From: Octopus bimaculoides
Lineage: Eukaryota
Length of the DNA: 64,000 bases
Assembly: GCF_001194135.2 (NCBI RefSeq)
Contig: NC_069005.1
Span: 32,891,573-32,955,572, forward strand
Direction of reading: 5' to 3'
The position numbers and the translations under genes are program-made. Under the pieces are notes generated by a model. The model was not told where the DNA came from, did not search any database, and saw nothing but the letters and a program-made list of their open reading frames with translations. Within the stretch, counting starts at the first letter, position 1, and the number at the start of each line of letters is the position of its first letter. Below are positions 39,601-54,256 of this stretch, in pieces.

Positions 39601-41774
39601 GTGTTGAAGATGGGTGAACACATGGTTGAAGGAAATTAAGCAATTATTATTAAGATGATGATTATAACAGGTTTGCTTGACTGGCTACTTGATCCATTAT
39701 TATTCTTTCTAACCATCACTGTTCTCATCTGTTGAGACTTACAATAAATACCATAAAAAATTTAGAGATCATACAGAAAATAACTCACTGCAAAAAAAAA
39801 AAAAAAAAAAATAAACTGTACCTTTCCCCCATAACATCACTGAACACCCCACCACTACTGTTAGTCTCTTTCTCACTCCACCCTGATTGCCTTCAGCTTC
39901 TCTACAGTAAGAAACTCGTTCTGCTTAGGCCCCTTCTATATGTAAACCCTTCATTTCTTAGCATAAAGCTGTCTCCTTGAGGTCTGAAGTCTTACAAGCT
40001 GCATGGTGACCTCACTAGTGATGGTGGCATGGGGAAAAAAAGAAAGAAAGAAAGAAAGAAAGAAACACTCAGCACATGTTGTAAAGTGGTTGGTGTTGAC
40101 AAGGGTATCCAACCATAGAATCTATGCCAAAGGAGACAGTGGAGTGTGATGCAGTCCTTAGAACAGTGGTTCTCAACCTTTCTAATATCTGGGCCAGATC
40201 CAAAACCTGAATTTTTTTTTTTAAGGGGCGGCCCTGCACCAAAAAGAAGGAAAAAAAAAATGTCAATTAAAGAAAAATATATTTAAAGAAAGAAGACTAT
40301 GATGGGTCATCAGAAGGATGCTTGAGGGCCACAGTTGAGAACCGTTGCCTTAAACCCATCAGATACAATCATACCGCCCTACCCATGCCAGCATGGAACA
40401 TGGATGTGAAGTGATGATGATGATCATCATCATCATCATATGGAATTACCATTTTAGACCAGGTTCATATATTATGACAATTCCCCTGAAGTTCAGTAGC
40501 CAAAGTCAGAAAATTAATTTTGTAAATTAAAATTGAGTTAATAAATTGAATTAATAGAAAGTTACTTTCACTGCTGACTCTGAAAAAATTGTTTACCGGA
40601 AATCTTGCACACAGTTAGTTTTAGTACCACATGTGAAGGGGGGAGGGATGTCCTTTTTAAAGTTTGATACTTAGTCTATCAGTTTCTTTTGTTGAACAGT
40701 TAAGTTACAGAAACATAAGCAAACCAACACTGGTTGTGAAGCAATGGTGGGGAAGAAACATAGATACACACACACACGCGCGCGCGAAATCTGTTGCCAT
40801 ACTAATGAAGATAAATCACACAGTGAAGTCGCTTGGCACAGATTGACTTTGAACTCTGCTGTGCATGTACACTATGTTTTAACATTCTGCCTCACTTCCG
40901 CTGTTTACAGCAGTGCTTGGAAGGAAGGTGTGTAGTGTGTGATCGTTGCATTGACCATGTGAGAGAAAGTTGTCATGGCGATACCTGCTCAGAGGTCTAT
41001 GTAAAGTTGCAGAAAGTATATGGAGAGGAGTGTATGATCCACACACAAGTGTACAAGTAGATCAGACGTTTCCAAGGTGACCAACATTCTGGGAGACCCG
41101 CAGCCAGCAGAAATTCTACCTGTTTTATGTTCAAACTGGTAAGACCCAGCCTCTTGCACCTATCTTACGAATACCAACCTAAAAGTAAGCCATCACACAT
41201 CACTGAAAAGTTTGAAACTATGAGATTAATGCAAGATTAATTGAAAACAATGTGAATAAAGAAAGATTACTTTTGACAGGATAATCTGACTGCTAAAGGG
41301 TTAATTTCCCAAATTTTAAGAGTGCAGGAACGATTAAAATATATTTAGGAACTAGAATTAATTTCATATAGAATTTCAGTATCTTTTAATGTGTTGATTC
41401 ATTCCAAAAATATATTTATTATAAATGCAAAGAAGATCAATATTTGATTTTTCTCCTCTCTGTGTTTTGTTTTTATTCTTACTGTTATTGTTATTAGAAT
41501 GTAGCCCTGGTCACTTGTAAATTACATTTTAAACAAAGATTTTAGTCACTGTACTTTTTGAGAACATCAAATCTAATATACATTTTATTTACACATTCAA
41601 ACCTCTTTTTTCAGCATGAATTCTAATTGAAAATTTTATTTAATTGGCTGTCAATTCAAGTTTCAATTCCAGAATCCATATTTTGCTGTTTTTTTTTCCC
41701 CACTCAATTTCCCATTTTAGTTATGAAAACATCTGTTTCATCAATTTTGAATTTCAAACAGAAAAACCTAGAAA

Positions 41775-41822
<48 letters not shown>

Positions 41823-44429
41823 TCAACATCACCATCCATGTATATATTGTACAGACTGTTATATAACCAAAATATCTAATTGACTTAGTTGTGATATGAA
41901 AAGGTAATGGAAGCTGAAAGTATAAAAATCAATTTTTAACAACCAGATGCAAATTCCATTTGCTCTATCATCAACTTGTTTTTAAATTCACTTCATGCCA
42001 ATTTCTCTATTTCCCATAATCTTTATTTTTCGACATTCCACCGATGTCTATACTTAAATATTTTTCACCACTAACAGCTTCTTGAACTAGTTTCATCTGA
42101 ATCATCATTAAATGCTATTTTGAACCATTTCCTACAATACAACCGAATAAACCACTAATAGTTTTATTACAAATACATCTCATTGTTTCATAACTGACAC
42201 AACTTGAAACTAAGTCACCCCTCACCCCCACACAACAACATTAATAGATGATTATTAAATCATAGGTAGCAAATTACTGTCATGTTAAGTAACATCAAAC
42301 ACCATTGTTGTTGTTGCATCATTCAACCCCTTTAACACACATTTAAGACACATCCTCTACAGCCCAAAGTGAAACCCTATGATAACAGGAGCAACCAATT
42401 TGACAACAGTGCCACTTGTATATAGTAGCAGTACCCAATGGAAGAAATACTGTATTCTATACTTGATTTTAACTTGGGCTGGGGGGAATACAAATTATGG
42501 GGGGGGGGGGGGATAAGACTACAAAAGGGAAAATTTTGTATCAAAATTTAACACTAAATTAGGGGTGCAACTTATATTTGAGCTAAAACGGTAAATTCTT
42601 AGACAGGCAACAAACCTGATAGTTTGTAGAGAAATGTTGGAATCCATGTCCTTGGAATAGTTTAAAAGTTGATATTTAAATTACTCTACAAAATCACACT
42701 AAACAGAACAATACATACTAAAAGCTGGCTCTCACAAATCAATATTCTCTGTTCAATGACTCTGCTATAAATCTGTTTACAACAGTCACAGCTCTATAAT
42801 ATCCCACTTACTGGAAGCTAAGTTAATAATAATAATATACAACAGATTTTATTGAAGCCAATGTGTTACAAGTCAGTTACTTCTGGAACACCTCAATACG
42901 TCGGTGTTAACGGGGTACTTTAGAACTGTTGTAGCCTATTAACACACTAACACGACAACTGCACAAATACCCAATAACTTCATCATAACAACCACCAACC
43001 TTTTCATTAAAGCATTGAAAAAACACAGCCTATCATTTACAAACTAAATCAATTGTGAAGATATTTCATAATTTAATGAAAACCAGAAAACTAAACCCAT
43101 TAAGGGTTGGCTGAAATATAAACCGTTCTCACCATTCTCATGCCTTAGAATTATGCTTGAAATATCAGAACTTAACCCACCCCTGCCTAAGAGTACAAAA
43201 TATTGGAGGCATTTCATTAACTGGTTCTTACCCAAACACACAACCATCGGTAGTTTCCTCTGCCCTCCCACCTCCTCCACTTCTAGAACTATAGCTTGTT
43301 AACAGTTTGACAAGACTTTCATATCAATGTGTATGTATAAGAGAAGAACTTTCAGTAATTTCCTTCTAGAAGAGAAGAAAGCTTCTGCTAAATACAAACA
43401 TCAATGACTGATTGGCAAAGTTTTTACTGAAAACAGTTGAATAAAAAAAAAGATGCTTAGCTCTTATCCCAGCAAGCCACACAAAACCACGCTTGCTTTG
43501 ATGATGCAAACTTCTTGCTCTAAAGAAATCTAAATTAAAACCTTTTATCAAAATTTCATGTTAGTTTATTTCTCAACATCAGCTTAATCATGACAAAATT
43601 ATTTTGCTATATCTTCATTATTTTCAAAATTAATTGAAACAAAGCAGTGTATATTGCAACAGAAATACAGTAACAAATGAGCTAAGTATTACCGATTGCA
43701 ATATTTTTAAAGTGAAAAAAAAACCCCTTTTGTTTGGGTTTCTAGCTATTATATCTGCTATAACTATTTACAGGGGATGTGAAAAACAGGCTGACCCATG
43801 AGGCTTTCAGAAGCCTACGTAGACGAAACCCATCACAGATTGAGGGCAACAGTTATGAAATATTAGTACATATCACAATCATTTAATGTCTGATTTTCAT
43901 GCTGGCATGGATTGGCTGGTTCGATAGGACCTGGTGAGCTACAGGGTTGCATCAAGTGTCAGCTTTGGCATGGTTTCCGCATCTAGATGCCCTTCCTAAT
44001 GCCCACCACTTTACAGTGTATGTTGGACAGGGTTTTTCTTTTCTTTTTTTTTTTCCCTCTGCCACTATCAAGAGTGAGGTAACCAAGTAACTTGCAAGAC
44101 AAGGAAAGAATATTTGCTGTAAAAGACAGAAACAAACTCGCAGGAAAGAGAGAATTAACGGTACTTACCAAGAATTTAAACTTTGAAAATCATATAAAGA
44201 GTCTGTGACTAGTATTTGCTCATCTTCGATTTCATTTGTTGGAAGATGAGGACGCTTAAGAAGTTTTGATTCCATATGCCGATGCTGTGATCTTAGCCAA
44301 CTGTTATTGTCAGAGTCTATTTTGAAATCTTGCTGCTGCTGCTGCTGCTGCTGCTGTTGTTGTTGCTGTTGTTGAAGTTGTTGTGGATGTGTCTGCTGTG
44401 TTTGCTGCAACTGTTGCTGCTGTTGTTGC

Positions 44430-44461
<32 letters not shown>

Positions 44462-47400
44462 TTGCTGCTGCTGTTGCTGTTGCTGCAGCTGTTGTTGCTG
44501 TTGCTGCTGCTGCTGGTGATGCTGCAGCTGTAAATTGGCAGGAGAAGGTGTGGCTTCCATTTTGGGGCTTGGTTCCTCAGACTTCAAATACAAGTCATTG
44601 CCATTATATAACATAACACTCTGAGAATCACCAATCGATGCTGGCTTGCTGCCACCACTTCCACCACTGCCCCCACCACTGCTCACAGTACTATTACCCA
44701 CCCCGCTGTTATTGTTACCCCCATTACCACCTCCCCCGCTTGTGCTCATGCCACTTCCACTACTAGAACCAACACTACCACTAACTCCAATATCTTTGTC
44801 CGAACCAGATTTCTGTGGAGGAGGGTGTGGGCTTAATGTAGGCATTGCAGGGTCCATATTTTGATTGCCTAAAGGCTGGTTGCGGGTTTCAGAGTCTAAT
44901 GGAGAGGGAGCCGGCGTGGATGGAGAATCCACCCCAGCACTCCCACAAGGTTCTACTGTGTTGTGAAGCTGGGGTAAACCTGGTGTGACCCCACCAGGCC
45001 CACCAGCTGTGTTAGAGGAAGAAGAGTTTGGAGGAGGCCTAAATGCAGGGTTTGGGGGCATCGGTGGTATCATATCCAATTCAAAGTGAAAGAGATCATC
45101 ATGCTGTAGAGAGCGTCTATGAAATGGAATAACGTTCCTTCCATGCCGAGATTGCTGCCTATCAAATTTTTCAGGTTTCTCCCCCTTCACATGTTTGTTG
45201 CTGCCACACGGTAACAAGCTTTTAGTTGCGTTCTGAGCCAAAGATTTCGACTTGGAATTTCTATGCCTGAAACAAGAAAGAAAACTTTCACTGAGCAACG
45301 TTGGTTTGAGAGCAACAGCAAAGTATAATGATTTCATGTAATAATAATGATAATAACAATAATGATGATGACAATGATAATGATCATAAATGTCCTGATC
45401 TTAACTGACTGGAAGTGTTATCTCTCCCTCTCTCTCATTTCCTCTCTGTCCTCCTCTCTCACTTTGCCACTTTTTTTAAGTGTGACACACACAACAGGTA
45501 CGTACAAAAACAAAAAGTTAGCGTATTAATATTATTGATAATAATAATCCTTTCTAATTTCAGCACAAGGCTAGCATTTTGGGTCACAAGGGTTAGCCAA
45601 TTACATTGATCTCAGTACTTGATTAGTGCTTTAGTTTACTGACCTCAGAGAGATAAGGAGCAAAAACATCCTTGACAGGATTTAAGCTAAGAGTGTAAAA
45701 AGCCAGAAAGAGAAACCGCACAGGCACAAGACCAGTAGTTTTAAAGTGTGATGGTTAGTCATAAGTCAACCCCAGTACATAACTGGTACTTTATTTCATT
45801 AGCTCCAAACTGATGAAAGGCAAAGTTGACTTTGGTGGGATTTGATCTCAGAATGTAAAGAAACGGATCAAACACTGCAAGACACTTACCCAATGCTCTG
45901 CTACATCTAAATAAATGTACTAAGACCCCTAACAACACATCTATAGGCAATATGGTAACAATAATATTGTTATATACAATAATATATAATAATATAACAC
46001 TAACAAGCTGTCAATAAAGAACTACACAAAGGCAACATCTATACCAACACAGATCAATTATTGCTAAACAAAATCCAAAATTAATCAATAATTTTAGAGA
46101 GGAGAAATAATTTGTTTTGAACAACTTTTCAATAAGTACTTTCTTCCTCCATCAATTTTGCCATTCATTCTTTTGCGAGTGAGATGAAAGAGAGAAAAAC
46201 AGCACCAGTTCAGGGTGGAGAGTTGGTGGAATTGTTAGAGTATTGGATAGGATGTTGGGTGGAATGTGTTCTGGTTAGGTACACTGTGTGTTCAAATCTT
46301 GCCCCAGATCTACAAATACACGGGCATTTCTGCCAAGAAGTGCAGAGTTTCCTTAGTACAATCAGAAGATCAACTGCTGCTGCTGCTGCTACTACTACCA
46401 CCACCTTTTTATAAAATTACAGCTGTTGCTGCTATTTAGCCCCAGATGATCCTGGGGCACCACCACAACTCCAGTCTGTGTGGCAGTCTGGTGGCTTATG
46501 TGCTTCAGTGAACCTAAGAGCTATGCTATTTGGGCCCATAGTCCTTTACAGGCAGATCACAACAAAATTTCCAGTGGTTCACATTAAAATCTGTCCTACA
46601 TATTACAGCTGTATTAAATATTTGCGGTCAAAAATTTGAGAATTTCATTTTCCATGAGGTTACACTATTTGATGTTTAATTAAATTTATTCTATTTAGTT
46701 TCTAGTTAAATTTCAGATTTTTTTTTATGTTCCAATGAGCCATGAAAATATTCAGTACATCAAAGTGATCCACATTATAAAACCAGTTTAGAATCCCTGC
46801 TATAACATAAAAAATTGAATATAAACAACAACCAGTCATTCTTAATCCCCTCCTGACAAGGGCAATGATCAGGTAAGGAAATAGTTGAGAGGCAGGAGGG
46901 TGGCTTCCATAACTAGCTTTATATAAAGTTTACCCATTCTTAGGTTCATTATCCACCTGGCTTCTCCACCCTCTATTTGTAGGAGCGTCATGAGAGCAGA
47001 GTCCTCGGGCACATCCTCCATGGTGTCCTATCAAAAGCAACCATCCTTACACTTCCTGGCTGGATTCCCCAACACAACCAACTGAGACTATGGATGTTAT
47101 CCAACTATCACATTCCTAGTCTACCCCTAGGTCTCCTGCCAGTTGACTCAGCTTGAAGGGTCTTCTTTGCAATTCTTTCCTGTGGTATTCTAATCACAGG
47201 TCGGTAGTACTAGAGTTGTGATCCTTCAACTCAGCAAAACTATCAATCCCTAATGATAGAATAACCCCAGTACACACATACACAAAGGAGAACGAAGTGC
47301 AAAATTAGGCTACTTTACAGCATTTTTAATAAGACAAGCCATGCTGCCATTTCCTGAAGTCAACTAATTGAAGAAGACTTCAATAATACAAGCTATAAAA

Positions 47401-49743
47401 AAGAAACATCTGAAGAAGGAACGGTTATTGTTGTTGTTTACCTGATACAGTTACAGGAAGCTTTAGAGGTTGGATCACCAAAATCCCAGATAAGCAACAT
47501 ATCCTCAGAAGTCAAATCAGGATTCCTAGAAGTGAAAGGAAGAAAACAAAACATGTTAAAGACAATAAACAACAAAAAAAAAAAGAGGGTTTCTATCAGA
47601 ATTTCTAACTTGACTAATGTCAATTTATTTAGTCAATTATAATTTAATCAAGCTAATTAAGGGGATGATTGGCTTGTTAAATTATTTATCTGTTCATTTT
47701 TAAATTTGATTTTCCATGCTAGCATGAATATGTTGTTTCACAGCAGGATACCCTTCCTGTTGTTAACCCTTCCAAAGATGTGTGGGATAGGAAGCCCCAA
47801 GTAAGGGATCTCCTATCCTACACATTTTTGAAAATGCAAAGCCAGTAGACAATTTGTTAATAAGGAAATAACATTATTGTCAGTTTGTAGGTCAGGAGGG
47901 GGGGTGCATATGAAAACCTGCATACACACACACACACACACACAATAGATTTTATACAGTTTCCATCTATCAAATTCACTCACAAAACATTTGTTGGCCC
48001 AGGACTACATTAGAATACATTTGCCCAAGGTGCTGCAAAGTGGGACTGAACCTGAAACCAAGTGGCTTCAAAATGAACTTCTTAACCACATAGCTGTACC
48101 TGTACCTATCTTACAAATCTGTTTATAGTTTTTTAGCCCCAGGCAATGTGTATCAAGGATTACATTATCCAATGTGTCCTTTCTTGCGATTTAAAAGATT
48201 TAGCAGCTCCTTCTAGCAGTCATGCAACAAACAACGTAGCGGTTCCCTGGATGACTTCCTTTGAATGTAAACGTAGACGGTGCAGAACAAACAAATTATG
48301 AGTGGAAGTAGCAAATTTTAATGCAATTCACTTGTTTACTTGAAAATGCTAAGAAAAAAATGGTGAGAAATTAAAATTTGGTTTATTTCCGTTACCTTTT
48401 GCTTATTCCTGCCATTGTTACACTGTCTTGAGCAACTTTCTCCAGTATTCTGAAAGCTACAGAGTCAGCAGTTTGGTCCAAGGGTCCTAAGCTGGGTTCT
48501 ACAGGTCCCGTGGCATATGGTAATGATGGACACAGCTTGAGACCCCCACCTGGAGGCAGTTGAGGCTCCCCAGGGGACGTTGGTGGAGTCAGGGGACCAT
48601 TTGGAATGACAGGATGTGGACATGATGGGCGCTGGATGGGTGGAACTGGTGCGGCAGCTAAAGTTGATGCTGGAACTGTTAAAGTCGGTTCTTCCTCACA
48701 AGTAAATATAAAAGCCGAGGGGTAACGCATGTGTACTCCAGCTGGAATTGAAACCGTGAAGCAAGGGTTACACAAGTGCACAAAAAATACATTCAGTACA
48801 AAGAACTTTTTCAATATATTCAGTANNNNNNNNNNNNNNNNNNNNNNNNNNNNNNNNNNNNNNNNNNNNNNNNNNNNNNNNNNNNNNNNNNNNNNNNNNN
48901 NNNNNATATATATATAGTTCAAAGGTACAAAAAAACAAAGACAGGTGAGGGAACGAGATGCAGATGTATTAGTTTGACACTCAGGAAAAATGGAAAAGTC
49001 TTTGACATTTTGAGCTGACACTCTTTGGCAGAAAGGGATGAGAGGACAAAATGGAGTGGGGGCGATAGAGAGCGAAAAAATTGTTGGTCATTTCACATGA
49101 TGAAATGACCAGAAGAAATACACACACACACACACACACACACAAAACCCTTTTAAATAACTGTTTTGCACACTTACCTGTCTGAGACAGGTAAATCTAC
49201 CAACCAGGAATTAATAACAATGGATTATTGTATTATTGCTATAGAATATATGTAGCTGCAAAATTATCTACAGATTTCCATCAAAGATATCATCCTAGCA
49301 CTTTATAAAAATGGTCACACACAAAAAACCAAAACCTCTGCTAAGCAGTCACACACGCAGCTGTTAGATTCAGTTTCATAATTAAATGGTTTTCAAGAAA
49401 TCATAAAAAGCTCATTAGGTTGATTCCAAACTTGGAATAAACTATTTCTGCCAGACATTTCAAACAGCTTTTTAACAGCTTCAATAACTCAACCAATTTG
49501 CTTCCTTCCAGATAAAGCAGAGCCAATCATAAATTTGGTATCAATTTTGACAATATCAAGAGGTGGGACCAACTTTAACAAACTGAATAGAAGAATTAGC
49601 GAATAAAAGAAGGTTGTAGGAAATTAGTTGGCTTAATGAAGATTTTAAGTGCCAAGCATTAGTGAAATGTGTCTAGAGAGGTAAGTTTATAGACTTTAGT
49701 GCATAATTAGTAGTGGAGTGTGTGCACATGTATGTGTAAATAC

Positions 49744-49775
<32 letters not shown>

Positions 49776-52700
49776 CGTAAGAGAGTGTGTTCAAACAGCG
49801 GGTTTAGTGAGTTTATCAAATGAGTTCAATAGAGGAAAATTGATCAATTAAGGAAAGATTACTGACAATGGCATCTATGAATCAATGAATGTAGTAATAA
49901 ACTATTAGCTGCTGTTGTCCTTTCTGTTTTGTTTTTTTTTGTGTTTTTTTTAACCCTCAGTTAAACTGGCAACAAGATGACATTTTGAAATGCTGAGTAA
50001 ATAGTTTGACTGAAAAACAAAACCAAAATTAGCATTCTTTTACCTCAACCTCTGAAAAACCACTACCACTTCCACTGTTATTAACTCGTGTCATACTACT
50101 GGACTCTCTGTCCCCTTCACTGGAGACTGAACCCCTCCTTTCAGAATTTGCCATGCTATTTATCAAAAGGCTTCTCAACTAACAATTCAAACAATCCTTA
50201 TTTTCAAAGATATAAATGTCACAGAAATATGTCATAACACAAACCAATAAACGCAGAGAACCAATTTTACAAACAACTGAGATAGTTCTCTTTAAAAGTC
50301 ATGGTCAACTAGATCTCCATCAGCTTTTACAACACTCTCCAAATTAAACATCATTACCATTATTCAATTAACAGGACTTAACTCATCTCTGATACCAATC
50401 AACCAGATACCACACTCCTGGTCCTACAATACAAACTTACTATTTTAAAGTGATTCAATTAAAACCATCCATTAAATTTCATGTCAAATTTACGTTCCAA
50501 ACACCAGCTTAATACGGAAGTTATTCAACTAAATTCTTCGTTATTTTCAAAATTAATTAAGGGTTAATGAAATATCTGCTTCCATTGTAGACAATCAATT
50601 GCAACAACTGGATTCTACTAAAACATTGTGGCATCCATGACTATTTTAGTTTATATCACAAACAGAACAAACTGGATTAGTTGTAACATTGTTCAACCAA
50701 TTAGCTTTTAGCCACCTAATCTACACTGAAACTAATGAACTTATCCATCTAATTCAATATTTCTTTCAATATTAAAATGTCTTTAAAACACAGCCGTGTC
50801 AGTGCCGTAATAGAGTGAAACGTCCTTTAAAAAAAAAAGAAAAAAAGAGTTTATTCAGAGTTTCCCCCGTGCCAAGTCATCCATCTTAACCATCATAAGA
50901 CATGTGCTGTAGTACAATCATATTTTAACCTCACATCACAACTTCTCTCAATACCACTCCCCACCCCATCTCAGTTGAGGGCAGGGTGGTATTTATATGA
51001 CATCACCACTACAGGTGCCACATAAAAAGCACCCAGAACACACTGTGAAATGGAAGGGCATCCATCTGTAGAAACCGTGCCGAAAAAGACAGAGCCTGAG
51101 GCAGTCCTCTGGCTTGTCATCTCCTGTTGAACCATCCAATAGATACCAGCATGGGAAAAAAACCTATGTTTAATCCTGTCTACTATAGGCACAAGGCTTG
51201 ACGGGTGGAGTACACTGACCCCCCAGTACACAACTGGTACTTAATTTATCAACCCTGAAAGGATGAAAGGCATAGCTGACTTCAGCGGAATCTGAACTCA
51301 GAACGTAGCGACAGGCGAAATGCTGCTAAGCATTCCGTTCAGCGTGCTAAAAATTCTGCCAGCTCGCCACCTTGGAAAACGTATGTTTAATAACGATGAT
51401 GGTAATGATGATGAGTGAGTAAGTAGCATGTGGTAAGGCTTAAAAACACTGACCAACACCTCACAACAGACAGAAACCCTGTATTTGCAGCATTCATCAT
51501 TTGAGGTTTCCTAACACTATTGCATCAATGAAATCTACGGTTATAACACATTGAACACTCTCTAATTTCTAAGAGTTCCCTTGTCTGTGAAAGTAGAACT
51601 GCATGTGGCTGTTGTAAACTGCAACCATTCTGCCCACCCTCNNNNNNNNNNNNNNNNNNNNNNNNNNNNNNNNNNNNNNNNNNNNNNNNNNNNNNNNNNN
51701 NNNNNNNNNNNNNNNNNNNNNNNNCCCACTCCTCACCATGACTGCTGATTGCCTGCAGTTGAGCCAACCCTTCTCCTTCCCTTAGATTGCCTACAATTAT
51801 TATTATTATTATTATGCTAGCCTTGCACAGTATTGACATGCCTAATAAACTCTCGACATACTTTCATTTATCAATTTAGATAACTTCTTTCTCAATCCCT
51901 CTACTCACACACACACATTTCACACATTCTATCTTCTCAAAGAAGATTTAACAAAGAAAGCAATGGCACAGAAAAATCAATCTTTTTTAGCCTCAAATGA
52001 CACTTGGTAGGCTTAACCTAGAATCCTAAATCCAAAATTAGACACTTTCTTTTCTTCTTCTTCATTTTTGTTGTTTCAATTTATATATCTTCGTCTTTCG
52101 AAAGCAGTACTTCTAGTAACATGACCCAAGCTAGGAAATGGAATGCTACATGTTTCATCTACTCTGGACACTTCACAAATATTTAAATGACACGAAACAT
52201 TAAAAAACATTTTTTCCCTATCCACCAACTATCCAGCTCTTGTCATGAACTGACCAGAAAAGGAAGTTACAAGAATTACAAACCAGTTCACTCAAACACA
52301 TGAGGAAGCACTTAGGTATTATTGCAGCTAAGCTATAGTACAGTGTTGCGGGGCCACAAAAGTTTTAGCTGCTTTTCAAAGGCTGTTAATCCCCTTTGAT
52401 AAAGACATAAAAGCCAAAGTCGGCTGTTCTTTCATCTCTAAATCTCAAACTCCAGATGACATGTGTGCATAAGAAACAATGATTTTTCATTGGACTAGAC
52501 ACAAAGCCAATCCTGTAAAAGGAGTATGCTAAATTGATCACATTGACTCCAGTATATAATATCAATCAATCACATCAACTTTAGTATAAAACTAATATGA
52601 TATAGTATTAATGCAGAACCAATCACATTGACTGTAGTATATAGCTAATATATTATTTTATCAACCTAGGAGAAACCTATTGTCAGGAATTGTACAAAGA

Positions 52701-54069
52701 AGGACGAGATATTGAACTAAACATTATGTGATGTTTTATAATGCTTGCAAAATGTTTATTTCATCCATTTTTACATTCTGATTTCAAATTCCATCAAGGC
52801 TGACTTCATCCTTTCGGGATTGATGAAATTGACTAACCTCCTACCCCAAACTTTCAGGCCCCTTACTCATAAGAGAAAGGATTATATTATCCAGGGTCAA
52901 CTACCAGTCAAATAATGTGGATTAATTTAATCAACTAACCCCTTCCCACAAAACTGCTGCCCTTATGTATAAATTACAAATTATTATTGCTGTTGTTGTT
53001 GTTGTTATAGCAGTGTAGCAGAATCAATAGGAGACCTAGCCAGACTCAATGAATTCATCACTCTTAAGCTCAGATCTCACTCAAGTGAGTTTTGCTTTCC
53101 ATCCCTCCAGAGAAAGCAATTGAGATCTGCTACAGTTATATCTTGGGACCTTTTCAATTAACTACACCTCAGCACAATACATTTGTTAACCACATGCCAA
53201 TGTGCAAGACATTATTACTATTAAAGTGGCGAGCTGGCAGAAATGTTAGCACACTGGGTAAAATGCTTGGCAGCATTTCATCCATTTTTATGTTCAGAGT
53301 TCAAATGCCACTGAGGTCAACTTTGCCCTTCATGGGTCGATAAAATAAGTACCAGCTGAGGACTGAGGTCGATTTAACTGACTTACCCCACCTGCCAAAT
53401 TTACTGGCCTTGTGCCAAAATTTGAAATTATTATTATCATCATCATCATCCACCTACCCTGCCAAGACTAAATTCCATGAAAATAACTTAGTTACAACTA
53501 ACAAGAGGAATACCCTCAGCTTTGTTCCACATGAGTGGCTGGTGAAATGTAAGGTGTCCAGCCATACAAGGTACCCCTGCTAACCCATCTAATCCATGCC
53601 AACAGAACATGGTGGGTTTTGATAGTCCATGACCCACCACTTTGTAACACTGGTTACTAAACTACTAAAACAGAGAGAGTGGGATAAGAAAACAAAACCA
53701 TGCTTAATCATTAGTGCACAGGGTAGACAGCAAAAACAGTTTCACAACGGACTAAATGTGAGGTAGTGCTGAATGTCCCTCCTTTTTCTCTCTAACCAGT
53801 CATTAAACAATAGCACCTCACTCAACCCTGACTGGCTGCCATGCTTGAATTCTTAACAAACATCACATAGCAGCTACTTTAACTGGTTTGTTGAACCATG
53901 ACAGGTTGAAAAGAAGAGCAAGGAGATAAAAGTGCATCAGCGGGAATCTCCAGCACTGACAAGAACAAGGCAGATAAAATCAATTGAATTTCATGGGAAA
54001 TTCAGCCAATTAGACCAGAAGATAAAAACATACACAACACACACAGAGGGCACCTAATTGGTCTCATTG

Positions 54070-54109
<40 letters not shown>

Positions 54110-54218
54110 GAGGAATTAAATAAAAAAATTTTCTTCTTCTTTTCTTAACTAAGTTCCTTAACACTTCACCACTCACAGATTCAAAATCAACTCATTTCAC
54201 ACAAAATTAGAGTAAAGT

Positions 54219-54256
<38 letters not shown>

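Noticed and set aside
43765-43815. Second hammerhead-like string (gcctacgtagacgaaac)
   Set aside because: Has GAAAC and a palindromic stem-II-like part but no CUGANGA box at the right position and no stem I.
44330-44864. Plus-strand poly-Leu, poly-Ala/Val and poly-Pro ORFs (also 11118-11375)
   Set aside because: Antisense shadows of the MED13 polyQ and Gly-rich codons.
53535-53640. Two neighbouring 8-bp hairpins resembling an H/ACA snoRNA
   Set aside because: No ANANNA hinge box or pseudouridylation pockets in host-gene orientation.
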